DNA of 64,000 bases from Akkermansiaceae bacterium (lineage in GTDB: Bacteria > Verrucomicrobiota > Verrucomicrobiia > Verrucomicrobiales > Akkermansiaceae): contig JAGYIT010000012.1 in the NCBI GenBank assembly GCA_018402445.1, positions 86,407-150,406 of the forward strand, in the 5' to 3' direction. Position numbers and translations under genes: made by a program. This document shows, in pieces, positions 19,000-30,500 of the stretch. The notes under the pieces are model-generated. The model worked only from the letters and a program-made list of their open reading frames with translations. It was not told the origin of the DNA and searched no databases. Position 1 is the first letter of the stretch, and every line of letters starts with the position of its first letter.

Positions 19000-20214
19000 T
19001 CATTTCGCGATAGCTTGTGCCGCCGCCTTGATGGCGGGGTCTTGCCATGCGGCGAGGGCTTGCTTTTCCTCCTCGTTCAGGGCGGAGGGATGACCCGCGC
19101 GGGTGAAGAAGTCGCGGTCGGCCTCGGTGAAGGGGATGGCGGTGTCCGGCTCGATGCCCTTCATGTGTGGGGTGTTTCCGGACGGGGTGTGGTAGGTGGC
19201 GATGGTGAGTCTCAAGGCGGTGCCGCCGTCCATGGGGACGATGTTCTGGACGCTGCCCTTGCCGTAGCTTTTCTCGCCGATCACGGTGGCGCGCTTGAGA
19301 TCCTGGAGGGTGCCGGCGGTGAGTTCGGAGGCGGATGCGGAGTTCCTGTCGATGATAACGGCGATGGGGTAATCGCGTTTCCGGCGCTGGCGGTCGGGGG
19401 TTTTGAGGAATTCCTCCGGCTCGCCGCGGCCGCGGACGGAGACCACGGCGGTGCCGGGCGGGACGAAGAGGCCGAGTATTTCCACGGTCTGGTGGAGATC
19501 GCCGCCGCCATTTTCGCGAAGGTCGAGGATGAGGGATTTCATGCCCTTGTCCTCGAGATCGTCGAGGGCGGCTTCGGTTTCCCGCGCGCAGGCGGCTCCG
19601 AACTGGGCGAGGCGCAGGTAGCCGGTGGCGGGGTGTTTTTCGAGGAGCTTCGCTTCGATGAGCGAGCGCTCCTCGACGAAGCGGTGGATGAGGGTGGCCT
19701 TGGTTTCGCCGGGTCGTTCGGGATCGCGTAGAGTCAGTTCGACGGTGTCGCCGGGGTTGCCTTGGAAAAGCCCCATGATCTCGGTGAGGGGGGTGTCGCC
19801 GGGCGCGGTGCCGTTGATGGCGAGGATAGCGGCATTCTGAAGGATCCCGGCCTTGTCGGCGGGGCCGGATTTTGCGACGGCGGAAACGAAGAGTTTCGCG
19901 GAATCCATCCCCAGGCTGAGGCCGAGGGAGCGGATCTCGTTGTTGAGATCACCCTCTTCGCCGACCATCTGGCGCATCTCGGGGTGGATGAAGGAGGAGT
20001 GGGGATCGAGGCTGGAGAGCATGCCGTCGAGCGCCTGGTTGACGAGGCGGTCGTAGGCGACCTTGTCGAGGTCGGGGTGGCGCTTGCGGACGGTCTCGAG
20101 TACCTTTACGAACCGCTCCAACGCGGGATAGGCGGCCTCCTCCGGATCGGCGGGGATGTTGGTTTCCGCGTGGGCGGAGAGCGCTGCGGCGAGTAGGATG
20201 GGGGCGAAACGCAT
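19000..20214 (-). CDS. S41 carboxyl-terminal protease
   Basis: LDPHS, PDZ-like region, LDLRENGGG, SASASE and GKGSVQ. Confidence 0.92.
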   Translation of the reverse strand: MRFAPILLAAALSAHAETNIPADPEEAAYPALERFVKVLETVRKRHPDLDKVAYDRLVNQALDGMLSSLDPHSSFIHPEMRQMVGEEGDLNNEIRSLGLSLGMDSAKLFVSAVAKSGPADKAGILQNAAILAINGTAPGDTPLTEIMGLFQGNPGDTVELTLRDPERPGETKATLIHRFVEERSLIEAKLLEKHPATGYLRLAQFGAACARETEAALDDLEDKGMKSLILDLRENGGGDLHQTVEILGLFVPPGTAVVSVRGRGEPEEFLKTPDRQRRKRDYPIAVIIDRNSASASELTAGTLQDLKRATVIGEKSYGKGSVQNIVPMDGGTALRLTIATYHTPSGNTPHMKGIEPDTAIPFTEADRDFFTRAGHPSALNEEEKQALAAWQDPAIKAAAQAIAK

Positions 20215-20341
20215 GGGTAATCCACTAGCACCGAAAGGGCGGGTGGGGGAGGGAAAATTCGCGTGGCGGGCGGACTTGGGGCGATTTGGGGAGAGGTGGT
20301 GATCCGTGTCGGACGGGAGGAGCGTAGCGCGTGGCGGGAAA

Positions 20342-22189
20342 TCAGCCGCCGGTGCGGGGCGGCCCCTTTTTCTTGGTAGGCTCCGGGGTGACGTTTCTCA
20401 TGCCGCCGGATTTGCCTCGCTGCTGCTGGAGTTTTTGCATCTCCGCCTGTTTCTCGGCCATGCGCTGCACCCATGATTTCTTGCCGCCGTCCTTGCGGGC
20501 GACGAGTTCCGGCTCGGGGATCTTGTTCATGAGCCATGTCTGGCCGATGGAGAAGATGTTTTGGGTGGTCCAGTAGAGGGCGAGGGCGGAGGCGTAGTTG
20601 TAGCAGAAGAAGAAGAACATCAGCGGCATGAGCATCATGATGCGCTGCTGCATCTTATCGCCGGTCTTGGGCATCATCGCCATCTGAAGCGCGCTGGTGC
20701 CGGCCATGACGATGGGGAGGAGGTTAATGGGGATGCCGATCCAGACGGCCACGGTGTCGGGCTGGGAAAGGTCGTCCACCCAGAGGAAGGGCTGGTTGCG
20801 GAGCTCGACGGCGTAATCGAGCATCCGGAAGAAACCGAAGAAGATCGGGATCTGGATGAGCATCGGCAAACAACCACCGAGGGGGTTGATGCCATATTTC
20901 CGGTAAAGGCCCATCATCTCGGTGTTGAGTTTGTTGGGATCGTCGGGGTATTTTTCCTTCAGTTCCTTCATCTTGGGCTGGAGCTTGGACATGCGCTTCA
21001 TCGTGTGGGTCGATTTCGCGTGGAGTGGCCAGATGAAGATGCGGACGATGATGGTAAGGCAGATGATTGCCATACCCCAGGACTGCTCAGTGGAAAGCTT
21101 GTCGAGACCGATGTGGAGGAAATTAAGGAGCCAGTTGAGCGGGCGTGAGACAAAGCCGAACCAACCGTATTGCATCATGGCACCCCAGCCTTCGCCAGCG
21201 GCACCGGTGTTTTCCAATTTACGGAGCATAGTGTTCGCCTTTGGGCCGGTGAAGATGCGGTAATTCAGGGTTAGGGGCGAGTTGGGCGCGAGGGAGACAG
21301 ACGGCAGGATCATCGCGGCGCGGACGGAGGAGACGGCGCGTGCATCCGGTGAGAGTGCGACCTGTGAGGGTTTTCCCCAGACGCGGTTCGCTGTCGGATT
21401 TTCCGGGCGGATTACAGTGCTGAAGAACTGATCGGTGACACCGGCGTATTTGATCTCCTCGCCCGAATCGCTCCAGATGATCGATTTCTCGGAGGAGAAC
21501 CAGCCGCCCGTGAAGGCGTTGGCTCCCTCGAAGTGCATTTCGTCGCCCTCATACCAGAAGAAGCCCGTGTGGTCGGCGCGCTCGGCTTGGTAAAGCGGCG
21601 CGGCGGAGCCGAGAAAAAGGCCGTATTCCGAGATGTCGAAATTCGCGGAGCTGGTGTTCTCTAGGTCGAGGGCGAGGTTGAGGAAATAGGGTGCGCCGGG
21701 GATATCAGCCGATTCGAGCGAGAAGGTTTTTTTCGCGATTACGCCGCTGGGCAGCTTGGCGATGAAGACCGCGGTTTTACCGGGTATGGATTGGTCGACC
21801 TTGTAAGCGAAGGGCGTGTTGACCAGGTTCTGAGCGGTGTCCACAAAACCGGCAATGGGGCCGGAGCCATGGCGGTTGATGAGGACATTCGTGGTCTTGT
21901 CGCGGACGTTTTTCTGCCCTTTCAGCTCCACATGTTTCACCCCGCCGCCGATGTTGGTGAGGGTGAAAATGACTTTGTCATTTTCAAGAATAATGAATTC
22001 CTCCTCGGTCGGCGGTGGTGGGGTCTCTACACTGAGTTCCGCCGGGGCTACGCCTTCCGTCTGTGCGGGAGCATCCTGAGCCGGGGGCTTCGCGGTCGGC
22101 ACCGGGCGGTATTTCGAGGAGAAATGGATGTTGAGCGCGATCAGAAGCCCGCAGATAGCGAGAACAATCCAGGTTTTACGGTCGTACAT
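20342..22189 (-). CDS. yidC: membrane protein insertase YidC
   Basis: INPLGGCLPMLIQIPIF, FLWVDDLSQPD and LALYW motifs. Confidence 0.96.
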   Translation of the reverse strand: MYDRKTWIVLAICGLLIALNIHFSSKYRPVPTAKPPAQDAPAQTEGVAPAELSVETPPPPTEEEFIILENDKVIFTLTNIGGGVKHVELKGQKNVRDKTTNVLINRHGSGPIAGFVDTAQNLVNTPFAYKVDQSIPGKTAVFIAKLPSGVIAKKTFSLESADIPGAPYFLNLALDLENTSSANFDISEYGLFLGSAAPLYQAERADHTGFFWYEGDEMHFEGANAFTGGWFSSEKSIIWSDSGEEIKYAGVTDQFFSTVIRPENPTANRVWGKPSQVALSPDARAVSSVRAAMILPSVSLAPNSPLTLNYRIFTGPKANTMLRKLENTGAAGEGWGAMMQYGWFGFVSRPLNWLLNFLHIGLDKLSTEQSWGMAIICLTIIVRIFIWPLHAKSTHTMKRMSKLQPKMKELKEKYPDDPNKLNTEMMGLYRKYGINPLGGCLPMLIQIPIFFGFFRMLDYAVELRNQPFLWVDDLSQPDTVAVWIGIPINLLPIVMAGTSALQMAMMPKTGDKMQQRIMMLMPLMFFFFCYNYASALALYWTTQNIFSIGQTWLMNKIPEPELVARKDGGKKSWVQRMAEKQAEMQKLQQQRGKSGGMRNVTPEPTKKKGPPRTGG

Positions 22190-22315
22190 GAGGTCGGAAA
22201 GTGATGGGTGTGAGCCTTTCGGAAAAGGCAATCGGTTAGGGCTGCTTAGGCTCTGGAGCGGCGGCGGTCAATGGCCAAGAGACGCGGGGTTATGGGTTCC
22301 ATGGCTTGAAGATTC

Positions 22316-22492
22316 AACCGCGAATCCGCCTTCGCCAAGGCTACGACGGACAAGTGAACGCGAATTTTCGCTAATGATTTTTGTTTCGAGCCAGGCATAC
22401 CCAGGTCGGAGCCTGTGCCTGCATTCCGCGTCACTAGTTTCTGGCTGTTTATATTTTCTTCATTCGCGGCCATTTGCGTTCATTCGCGGTTC
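22316..22492. repeat. degenerate dispersed repeats (aaccgcgaat / attcgcggtt family)
   Basis: aaccgcgaat at 22316 and ttcattcgcggtt at about 22479; the same ttcattcgcggtt occurs at about 26375. Confidence 0.5.
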
Positions 22493-22521
22493 ACTCTTTC
22501 CAGTAAAAGCAGCCCTGCATG

Positions 22522-22872
22522 TCATGGCAAGAGCTTGAGGCGGCGGCATTGGCGGAGCCAGTCGGCTTCGAGATCGGCGTGCGAGGCAGCGGCCGCGCCG
22601 GGGCGGGCGATGGTGATGACGTAGCGCTTCGGATCGGCGAAGGCCGGGGCGTGCGCCTGGAGGTAGGTGCGGAGACGGCGGCGGATGAGGTTGCGGTCAT
22701 GCGCTTTTTTTGCGGCGCGCTTGCTGGTTACGAAGGCGGCGCGCAGGGAGGGCAGCGCGGGATCGGCCAGGGTGCTGACAATGACAAACCGGCCTGCTTT
22801 CGCGTGGCCGGTTTTTCGGACGCGGAGGAAATCCGCGTGGTTGTTGACGCTGCACTTTCTCGGGAGCCTCAT
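22522..22872 (-). CDS. rnpA: ribonuclease P protein component
   Basis: [22 protein letters not shown] (RNR motif); adjacent to rpmH. Confidence 0.92.
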   Translation of the reverse strand: MRLPRKCSVNNHADFLRVRKTGHAKAGRFVIVSTLADPALPSLRAAFVTSKRAAKKAHDRNLIRRRLRTYLQAHAPAFADPKRYVITIARPGAAAASHADLEADWLRQCRRLKLLP

Positions 22873-22931
22873 CGGGAATCCTCGTAGGGTGTGAGCGCAT
22901 CGGGTGGTGGGAAGGGAACCCTCCCTCCCGA

Positions 22932-23117
22932 TCACCTGCCGTGCTGGGTGATGTGGCGCTTGAAGTGAAGCTCGGCTCCCTTGGGAATCAGGCGCTTGCG
23001 GCCCTTCTGGCGGCGGCGCTTAATGCAGTCGCGGCCGGCTTTAGTGGCCATGCGGGCGCGGAAACCGTGCTGCTGCTTGCGGGTGCGTTTGGTGGGCTGA
23101 TAGGTGCGGAAGCTCAT
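22932..23117 (-). CDS. rpmH: 50S ribosomal protein L34 with C-terminal extension
   Basis: RTYQP...[13 protein letters not shown]...[10 protein letters not shown]. Confidence 0.96.
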   Translation of the reverse strand: MSFRTYQPTKRTRKQQHGFRARMATKAGRDCIKRRRQKGRKRLIPKGAELHFKRHITQHGR

Positions 23118-23165
23118 GGCGTGATCGTGGTTGGAAAGCGCGGCCTGCGTGGGCGCGGGGGCGGG

Positions 23166-23193
23166 ACTTTAGGAACCGGGGCGGGCTTGTCAA
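23166..23193 (-). promoter_or_regulatory. putative sigma70 promoter of the rpmH operon
   Basis: TTGACA-16 bp-TAAAGT on the minus strand. Confidence 0.45.
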
Positions 23194-23267
23194 TGCGGCA
23201 GTGCGCCGATTTTGGAAAAAATTGCTCCTTGTCGCTGGGGGATGGGCTTGGTTGCCTATGCTCCGCT

Positions 23268-24149
23268 ATGGCCGCCCCGCAAAACACGATCGCTCTGGTT
23301 TATGACTATGACCAGACGCTGAGCCCGAAATACATGCAGGACGACGTGGTGTTTCCCAAATATGGGATCGATCCGGCGCAGTTCTGGAAAAAATGCAACA
23401 GCCTCGTCCACGACCAGAAATGGGACGGCGAGCTGGCCTACATGAAATGCCTGCTGGATTACCTCGGGATGGATCGCGTGACGAACGCGATGCTTTCCGA
23501 ACTCGGCGCGGGGCTGAGTTTTTTCCCGGGGCTGCCCGAGCTTTTCGAAGCCCTGCCCAAGGCGTCGCTTCGCCCGGAGCACGAGCTGGCGGGGATCAAG
23601 GTGGAGCACTACATCATTTCCTCCGGCCTGAAGGCGCTGCTCGACGGCTCCCGGCTCAAGCCCTACGTGAAGGAAATGTTCGGCTGCGAGTTCGGCGAGG
23701 ACGCGGAGGGGCTGATCAGTTTCCCGAAACGGGTGATCTCCCACACGACCAAGACGCAGTTCCTTTTCCGCATCAACAAGGGCATGCTCCGCTACGATCA
23801 GGACGTGAACGACCACATGCCGCCCGACCAGCGCCCCATCCCCTTTGAGAACATGGTCTATGTCGGCGACGGCCCGACCGATGTGCCCTGCTTCACGGTG
23901 GTGAACCGCAACGGCGGCCACGGCATCGCGGTTTACAACCCCGAGGACAAGACCGGGCGGTCGTTCCGGAAATGTTTCGATCTCTGCACGCACGCGGGCC
24001 GGGTGAAACACATCGCGCCCGCCGATTACCGCGAGGGTTCACACCTCTGGCTGCTGCTCTCCCAGATGGTCACGGAAACGGCGGACCGCATCTTGCGCCG
24101 CCGCATCGAGGAAAGGGACAACGCCACGGTGGCCGCGCCGACCTTCTGA
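23268..24149 (+). CDS. HAD-family hydrolase
   Basis: YDYDQTL motif I, IISSG and [10 protein letters not shown]. Confidence 0.85.
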   Translation: MAAPQNTIALVYDYDQTLSPKYMQDDVVFPKYGIDPAQFWKKCNSLVHDQKWDGELAYMKCLLDYLGMDRVTNAMLSELGAGLSFFPGLPELFEALPKASLRPEHELAGIKVEHYIISSGLKALLDGSRLKPYVKEMFGCEFGEDAEGLISFPKRVISHTTKTQFLFRINKGMLRYDQDVNDHMPPDQRPIPFENMVYVGDGPTDVPCFTVVNRNGGHGIAVYNPEDKTGRSFRKCFDLCTHAGRVKHIAPADYREGSHLWLLLSQMVTETADRILRRRIEERDNATVAAPTF

Positions 24150-26318
24150 TCACTTCGCCGGGATGCGAGTTCTCGCGGGGGCGTAGCCGGGGGCTTCGGC
24201 GGAGATTTCCCACGCGCCGCCCGGCTCCGCGCCGAAATCGGGGGAGAGCCGGATGTTCCCGTTCAGCGATCCTCGCGTTTCCGTCATGCCTGCGGAAAGG
24301 CCGAGGATCGCGGCGATGAGTTTGTCGGAGTCCTCCGGTTTCAGGGCGACCTGTGCAGGCATCGGGACATCGCCCCATACACCTACGCCGCCAGTCTTGA
24401 GTGTTTCCTTGAGGTATGCGGAGGCGTCTGCGCGGTCGGAGTAACGTATTGCGACATCGAGATAAGAGGGGCCGACAGTGCCGGAATCGACCTGGTGGCA
24501 GGCCATGCATTGGTTGGCTGTGGCGAGTTTCGCGGCCTCTGGGGAAAGCTCCGGGCCGCCGGAATCATGGCCGGTGGGCGGGATGTAGCGGGCGCGAACC
24601 TTGATCTGGCCAGCATCAGGCAGGCGCTCGGCCTTGACCTTGTAATTTAAAGCGTCGCCGAAACCGGGTTTGCCTTTTGTTTTCCCAAGTTCGAGCACGA
24701 GCGAGGGCAGTTCCCCGTCACCGGCCAGCGGGATGCGGGCGATGGCGAGCGCTCCTTTGTCATCGGTGGCGACGGCGCGGATTTCCTCGAAACTACCTTC
24801 CGGCACGGTAACGGTGGACCCGGTGCCGAGCTTCCTTTCCGTGACGCCTTCGGTGAGATACCAGGTTACGGTCAACTTGCCGCCTTCGGGGTCGGCGGCT
24901 TTGTCCACGCTGTAGGTGTTGGGCGCGGCGGGTTTGATCGTGAGGGTGGGCGGCTTGTTGCCATCGTCGGGGCGGAGGCGGGAGACCGAGCCGTTGACGT
25001 TGAAATACCAGCCGGAGCCGTATTCGAGGAGGACGAGCGAGCCGTCTTTGTCCATCTCCAGATCCATGGGGTGGACGAGCTTTTCCATGAAGACCTCCAG
25101 CTTCTCGACCTTCTCCTGCGCATCGAGCTTCGCTTTGAAGATCTTGCCGCGCATCCATTCGTAGGTGAGTAGGGTACGGTTGTCCTCTTTTCCGAGAATG
25201 TTGTATTTCTTACTAGGATCGTAGTAGAAAACGGGGCCGGCCATAGCGTTGCGCCCGCCCTCGCCCATGGCGGGGAATTCCTCGCTTTTCCCGTAGGGAT
25301 ACCAGATCAGCGCGGGATGCGCAGGCGGCAGGGTCTTGAGGCCGGTGTTGCGCTGGCCGGGGTTTTCCGGGGCGGCGGGATCGGTCATTTTGCCGGGTTT
25401 TTTGGTCGCGAAATCGACGATCGGATACGGCTTGTTATCGGCGATCACGAAAGGCCAGCCGAAGTTGCCTGCGGCCTTGGCCTGGTTCACTTCGTCGTGG
25501 CCGCGCGGTCCTTTGTCGCCGGCATCCCGCGCGTCGGGGCCGACCTCGCCCCAGTAGAGAGACTTCGTTTTCGGGTCGATGGAGATGCGGAAGGGATTGC
25601 GGCAACCCATCACATAGATCTCGGGGCGGGTGCCCTCGGTGCCTTTCGGAAAAAGGTTTCCGGGCGGGATCTCGTAGCCGGTTTCCGTGGGCTTGATGCG
25701 GATGATCTTGCCGCGCAGGTCGTTGGTGTTCCCGGCGGTGCGCTGCGCGTCCCATTCGGTGCGACCGTCGCGGTTGTCGATGGGCGCGACGCCTGCGCTC
25801 TCGAAGGGGTTCGTGTTGTCGCCGATGGAAACGTAGAGCAGCCCGTCGGGGCCGAATTCCACGGAGCCTCCGAGGTGGCAGACCCTGTTCGTGCGCTCGG
25901 TGGGGATTTCGAGCAGCTTAAGCTCGGAGGCGGGGTCGATTTTCCCATCCTTGAGGGTGAAACGGGAGAGGCGGCAGGCGAGCACATCCGGCGCGCTGTA
26001 GAAAAGGAACAGGCGCTGGTTTTTCGCAAAATCCGGATCGAGCGCGATGCCCAGCAATCCGTCCTCGCGGGCGTAGTTGCTCTTAGGATCCGCGCTCCTC
26101 AAGGCCTCCACCGCGATCTGCCCGATGACGAAGATCCCGCCTGTGTTCGGATTGATCCGCAGCACCCGGCCTTCCCTCTCCACCACATAGAAATCACCGT
26201 CCGGAGCGATCGCGACCTCCATCGGATCGCGGAGGCCGGTGGCGAGGGTTTCCTTGACGAGCGGGGCGGCACCAACGGCGGAAGCCATGGCGAGGGTGAG
26301 GGCGGTGAGGCGGATCAT
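24150..26318 (-). CDS. PQQ-dependent sugar dehydrogenase (GSDH) with cytochrome c domain
   Basis: Signal peptide, GLLGIALDPDF, FGPDGLLY and GCRNPFR; C-terminal CMACH heme site. Confidence 0.88.
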   Translation of the reverse strand: MIRLTALTLAMASAVGAAPLVKETLATGLRDPMEVAIAPDGDFYVVEREGRVLRINPNTGGIFVIGQIAVEALRSADPKSNYAREDGLLGIALDPDFAKNQRLFLFYSAPDVLACRLSRFTLKDGKIDPASELKLLEIPTERTNRVCHLGGSVEFGPDGLLYVSIGDNTNPFESAGVAPIDNRDGRTEWDAQRTAGNTNDLRGKIIRIKPTETGYEIPPGNLFPKGTEGTRPEIYVMGCRNPFRISIDPKTKSLYWGEVGPDARDAGDKGPRGHDEVNQAKAAGNFGWPFVIADNKPYPIVDFATKKPGKMTDPAAPENPGQRNTGLKTLPPAHPALIWYPYGKSEEFPAMGEGGRNAMAGPVFYYDPSKKYNILGKEDNRTLLTYEWMRGKIFKAKLDAQEKVEKLEVFMEKLVHPMDLEMDKDGSLVLLEYGSGWYFNVNGSVSRLRPDDGNKPPTLTIKPAAPNTYSVDKAADPEGGKLTVTWYLTEGVTERKLGTGSTVTVPEGSFEEIRAVATDDKGALAIARIPLAGDGELPSLVLELGKTKGKPGFGDALNYKVKAERLPDAGQIKVRARYIPPTGHDSGGPELSPEAAKLATANQCMACHQVDSGTVGPSYLDVAIRYSDRADASAYLKETLKTGGVGVWGDVPMPAQVALKPEDSDKLIAAILGLSAGMTETRGSLNGNIRLSPDFGAEPGGAWEISAEAPGYAPARTRIPAK

Positions 26319-26497
26319 TGACGTGCGGTAAAATGCGTGGAATTTCCGGGAAAGGCAAACGGGAAAGCGGCGAGTTCATTCGCGGTTAATTCTTCAAATC
26401 GAGTTTCGGAGGTTGCGGGGTTGGTTCACTCTGGCAACATTCGCTGATTGATACCCCAGAAATCCCTTTCCCATGTCCGCTCCGGAGGCTAATGTGC

Positions 26498-26707
26498 ATG
26501 AGTGATCAACGCCGAAAAGTTCAGGGAGTCCCGCTCCCGCCACTTGTTGCTCAGCTCCGAGAAAGCTGTGAAGCAAGTGCGCGCATTCATGGCGGCACAA
26601 GCTATCACGCGGAGGAACTCGGGATCTTTCGAGCCATCGCCGCCGAGCAAGATCTCTTCCTCAGCGAAGCGCTCGCAGAGCTGATGAAGCCGCCCACGGC
26701 GGAAGGA
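26498..26707 (+). pseudogene. 5' gene fragment apparently truncated at the REP doublet
   Basis: MSDQRRK...ELMKPPTAEG runs directly into the REP at 26708; family uncertain. Confidence 0.35.
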
Positions 26708-26806
26708 CAAGGAGTGGCGGAATTTTTCCGCCAGATATGTATGGGGAAGGGGAGGCTCCGCTTGAGCGGCTGGGGTTGCTGGGCGGAAGGATTCCGCCCC
26801 TCCTTG
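26708..26806. repeat. REP doublet (REPIN-like), left of the RAYT gene
   Basis: caaggagtggcggaatttttccgccag ... ctgggcggaaggattccgcccctccttg, an inverted pair of palindromes. Confidence 0.9.
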
Positions 26807-26845
26807 CAGCTTGACCCGGCTTTGGTGAAGGAATAGCCAGAATCT

Positions 26846-27475
26846 ATGCGCTTTTTCAGTGATCTAGCAGAGACGGTTGTGACCCGCAACCGCCTCCCGC
26901 ACTGGCAACAGGAAGCGGCCACCTACTTCGTTACATGGCGGCTCAATGACTCCATACCAAAGGAATTGTCAGACGAATGGAGGCATGAGCGGAACGAATG
27001 GGTGAGGCTGTATCCCCCTCCCATGACGGAGGAACAGGAGGCGGAATTCCACCGTTTGTTCTCCACGCGGATGGATCAGCTGATGGACGCGGGTTACGGC
27101 GAATGTGTCCTGCGCGCATCGGAATGCCGGGAGGCCCTTGTCACCTCCCTGCGGATGTTCGATGGAGACCGCTTCCTCATGCACTCATGGGTTGTGATGC
27201 CGAACCATGTCCATGTCCTTTTTTCCATCGCCGAGAAGCAGACACTCGAGAAGACGGTCGGAGGATGGAAGAGATATTCCGCGAAGGATATCAACTCGCT
27301 TCTCGGGAAGGCAGGCGCACTTTGGCAGAAGGACTATTTCGACAGGATGATACGGGACTGGGATCACATGTTCAGGGTGGCGAAATACATCAGGAGAAAT
27401 CCAGAGAAGGCGGGATTGCGGGATGAGGAATACACGCTGTGGGAAGCGGATTGGGTGAAGAAGATGCTGGGGTAG
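26846..27475 (+). mobile_element. REP-associated tyrosine transposase (RAYT, Y1 HUH)
   Basis: RNRLPHW, YFVTWRL, VVMPNHVH, WQKDYFDRMIR and YIRRNPEKAGL; REP doublets on both sides. Confidence 0.92.
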
Positions 27476-27478
27476 CAT

Positions 27479-27560
27479 CAAGGAGTGGCGGAATTCTTCC
27501 GCCAGATAAGCACCGAGAAATGGCTGGGGTTGCTGGGCGGAAGGATTCCGCCCCTCCTTG
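27479..27560. repeat. REP doublet, right of the RAYT gene
   Basis: Same two palindromes as 26708-26806 with a shorter spacer. Confidence 0.9.
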
Positions 27561-27563
27561 GGC

Positions 27564-30500
27564 CTACTCCAGGATCACGAGCAGATCATCCGAGTCCACC
27601 TGCACGCCTTTCTTGACGATGATTTCCTTCACAATTCCGTCCACGGGGGCGGAGACGGTGGTGAGCATTTTCATGGCCTCGATGGTGACGAGCTTGTCGC
27701 CGGCCTTGACCTCGGTTCCGGGGGAGATGGCGATTTCCGTGACCATGCCGGGGAGGGGGGCGCAGACCTGGGAGGGATCGCCGGGGTCGCCCTTGCGGCG
27801 GGCGGCGGAGGCGGTGTTGATGAGGGATTTATCGGTAACGATGGACTCGCGGGGCATGCCGTTGAGTTCGTAGAACAGGGTGCGCTCGCCTTCCGCATCG
27901 GCCTCGCCGATGGAGATGAGCTTGATGATGAGGATTTTCCCGGGATCGATCTCGACCTCGATCTCTTCGCCGATCTGGAGGCCGTAGAAGAAGGCGGGGG
28001 TGGGGAGCTTGCTGAGGTCGTCGTAGCGCTCGCGGACGGCTTGGAACTCTTTGTACACCGCGGGATACATGAGGTGGCTGTAGATGGCGTCGGCGGATTG
28101 TGGATTGTCGATTGACGATGGGAGATTGAGGGATTTGGCGACTTCGTCGAAGTCGATGGGTTCGGCGAGTTCTCCGGGGCGTTTCGTGGTGATCTTGTGA
28201 TTGGGGCCGAGGACGACTTTCTGGACGTCGGCGGGCCATCCGCAGTCGGGCTGGCCGAGGCCGCCGGAGAGCATGTCGATGACGGATTCTGGGAAGTCGA
28301 TGGAGCCGGGTTTGATCTTGGTGACATCGGCCGCCTTGATGCCGCGGGTGACGAGGAACATGCACATGTCGCCGACGACTTTGGACGAGGGCGTGACCTT
28401 GATGATGTCGCCGAAGAGTTGGTTGACCTCGGCGTAGGTGCGGGCGATTTCGCGCCAGCGGTGGCCGAGTCCCATGGCGTTGGCCTGCTCGCGGAGGTTC
28501 GTGTATTGGCCGCCGGGCATTTCGTGTTCGTAAACCTCGGCGGTGCCGGCGCGGGGGGCGGAGTCGAAGGGTTTGTAGAAACCGAGGACGTGCTCCCAGT
28601 AGTCGGAGATGTCGTTGAGGGCGTCGAGGTCGAGGCCGGGATCCTGCGGGGAGGATTTGAGCGCGGCGCAGACGGAGTTGAGGTTCGGCTGCGAGGTCGA
28701 GCCGGACATGGAAGCGATGGCGAGGTCGGCGATATCGACCCCGGCGCGCGAGGCGGCGATGACGGACGCGGCGTTGAGGCCGGAGGTATCGTGGGTGTGG
28801 AAATGGATGGGGATGCCGATTTCCTGTTTCAGGGCGTGGACGAGGTTGTAGGCGGCCTGCGGTTTGCAGAGGCCGGCCATGTCCTTGATGCAGAGGATGT
28901 GCGCGCCCATTTTCTCAAGCTCCTTCGCCTTCGCGATGTAGTAGTTGAGGTCGTATTTCGGGCGGGCGGGATCGAGGATGTCGCCGGAGTAGCAGATGGC
29001 GGCCTCGCAAATGGATTTTCCGTGCTCTCTAACAGCCTCCATGGCGACCTTCATGTTCGGCAGGTAGTTCAGCGAGTCGAAGATGCGGAAGATGTCCATC
29101 CCGCTGTCGGCGGAGTGTTTGATGAAACCGGCGACGACGTTGTCGGGATAGTTCGAGTAACCGACAGCGTTCGAGCCGCGGAAGAGCATTTGGAAAAGGA
29201 TGTTCGGCACCTTCGCGCGGAGCTGGCGGAGGCGTTCCCACGGGCACTCGTTGAGGAAACGCATCGCGGTGTCGAAGGTCGCGCCGCCCCACATTTCCAG
29301 GGAGAACATCTCGGGGGTGCGCGCGGCGTAGGCGTCGGCCACGGCGAGCATGTCGAAGGTGCGCATGCGGGTGGCAATGAGCGACTGATGGGCGTCGCGC
29401 ATGGTGGTGTCGGTGATGAGGAGGCGATTCTGATCTAAGATCCACTGGGAGAATTTTTCGGGGCCTAGTTCCTGGAGGAGGTTTTTGGTGGATTCGTTGA
29501 AGGATACTGGGCGACCGGAGATCGCCCCCACGTCCGCTGGAGCCATAATTTCAGTGGGGCGGTAGGCTTTGGCGTGGGGGTTGCCGTTTACGGTGATTTC
29601 GGAGAGGTAGGCTAGGGTGCGTGTGGCTCGGTCGCGGCGCTTGCTGAATTTGAAGAGCTCGGTCTTGGTGTCGATGAGCTTGGTGTGCGCTTGGCCGGAG
29701 CGGAAGGTCTCGTCGGCGATGATGTTTTCGAGGAAAGGGATGTTCGTCTTCACCCCGCGGATGCGGAACTCGCGGAGGGCGCGATCCATGCGCTGGCAGG
29801 CCATCGGGAAATCGCGGCCCATAGTGGTCAGTTTCACCAACATGGAATCGTAGAACGGCGTGATGACCGAGCCGGCATCGCCCGAGGCGGCGTCGAGGCG
29901 CACGCCGAAGCCGGCGGCGGAGCGGTAGTTGAGGATGCGGCCGTAGTCGGGCGCGAAATTTTTCTCGGGATCCTCGGTGGTGATGCGGCACTGGATGGCG
30001 AAACCGTTGCAGGGGATGTTTTCCTGCGGAGGGAAGGGCGATTTCCTCACCGAAAAGCGCATTTCCCTGCGCGACGAGGATTTGCGAGCGGACGAGGTCG
30101 ATGCCGGTGACGCATTCCGTGACAGTGTGCTCGACCTGGATGCGCGGGTTCATCTCGATGAAGAACCAGTCGTTCTGATCCATATCGTAGAGGAACTCCA
30201 CGGTGCCGGCGTTGTTGTAGCCGATGCCGTCGGCCAGTTTCACCGCGGCGTCGCAAAGCTCTTTCCGCACGACCGGATCGAGGTGCATGGCGGGCGCGAC
30301 TTCGACGACTTTCTGGTAGCGGCGCTGGACGGAGCAATCGCGCTCGTAGAGGTGGACGACGTTGCCGTGCTGGTCGCCGAGGATCTGCACCTCGATGTGC
30401 TTGGCGCGCTTGATGTAGCGCTCCAGGAAAACGGCTGGGTTGCCGAAGGCGTTCTCCGCCTCGGCGCGGGCTTCCGCTAGCAGGCCGGGGAGCTGGGAGG

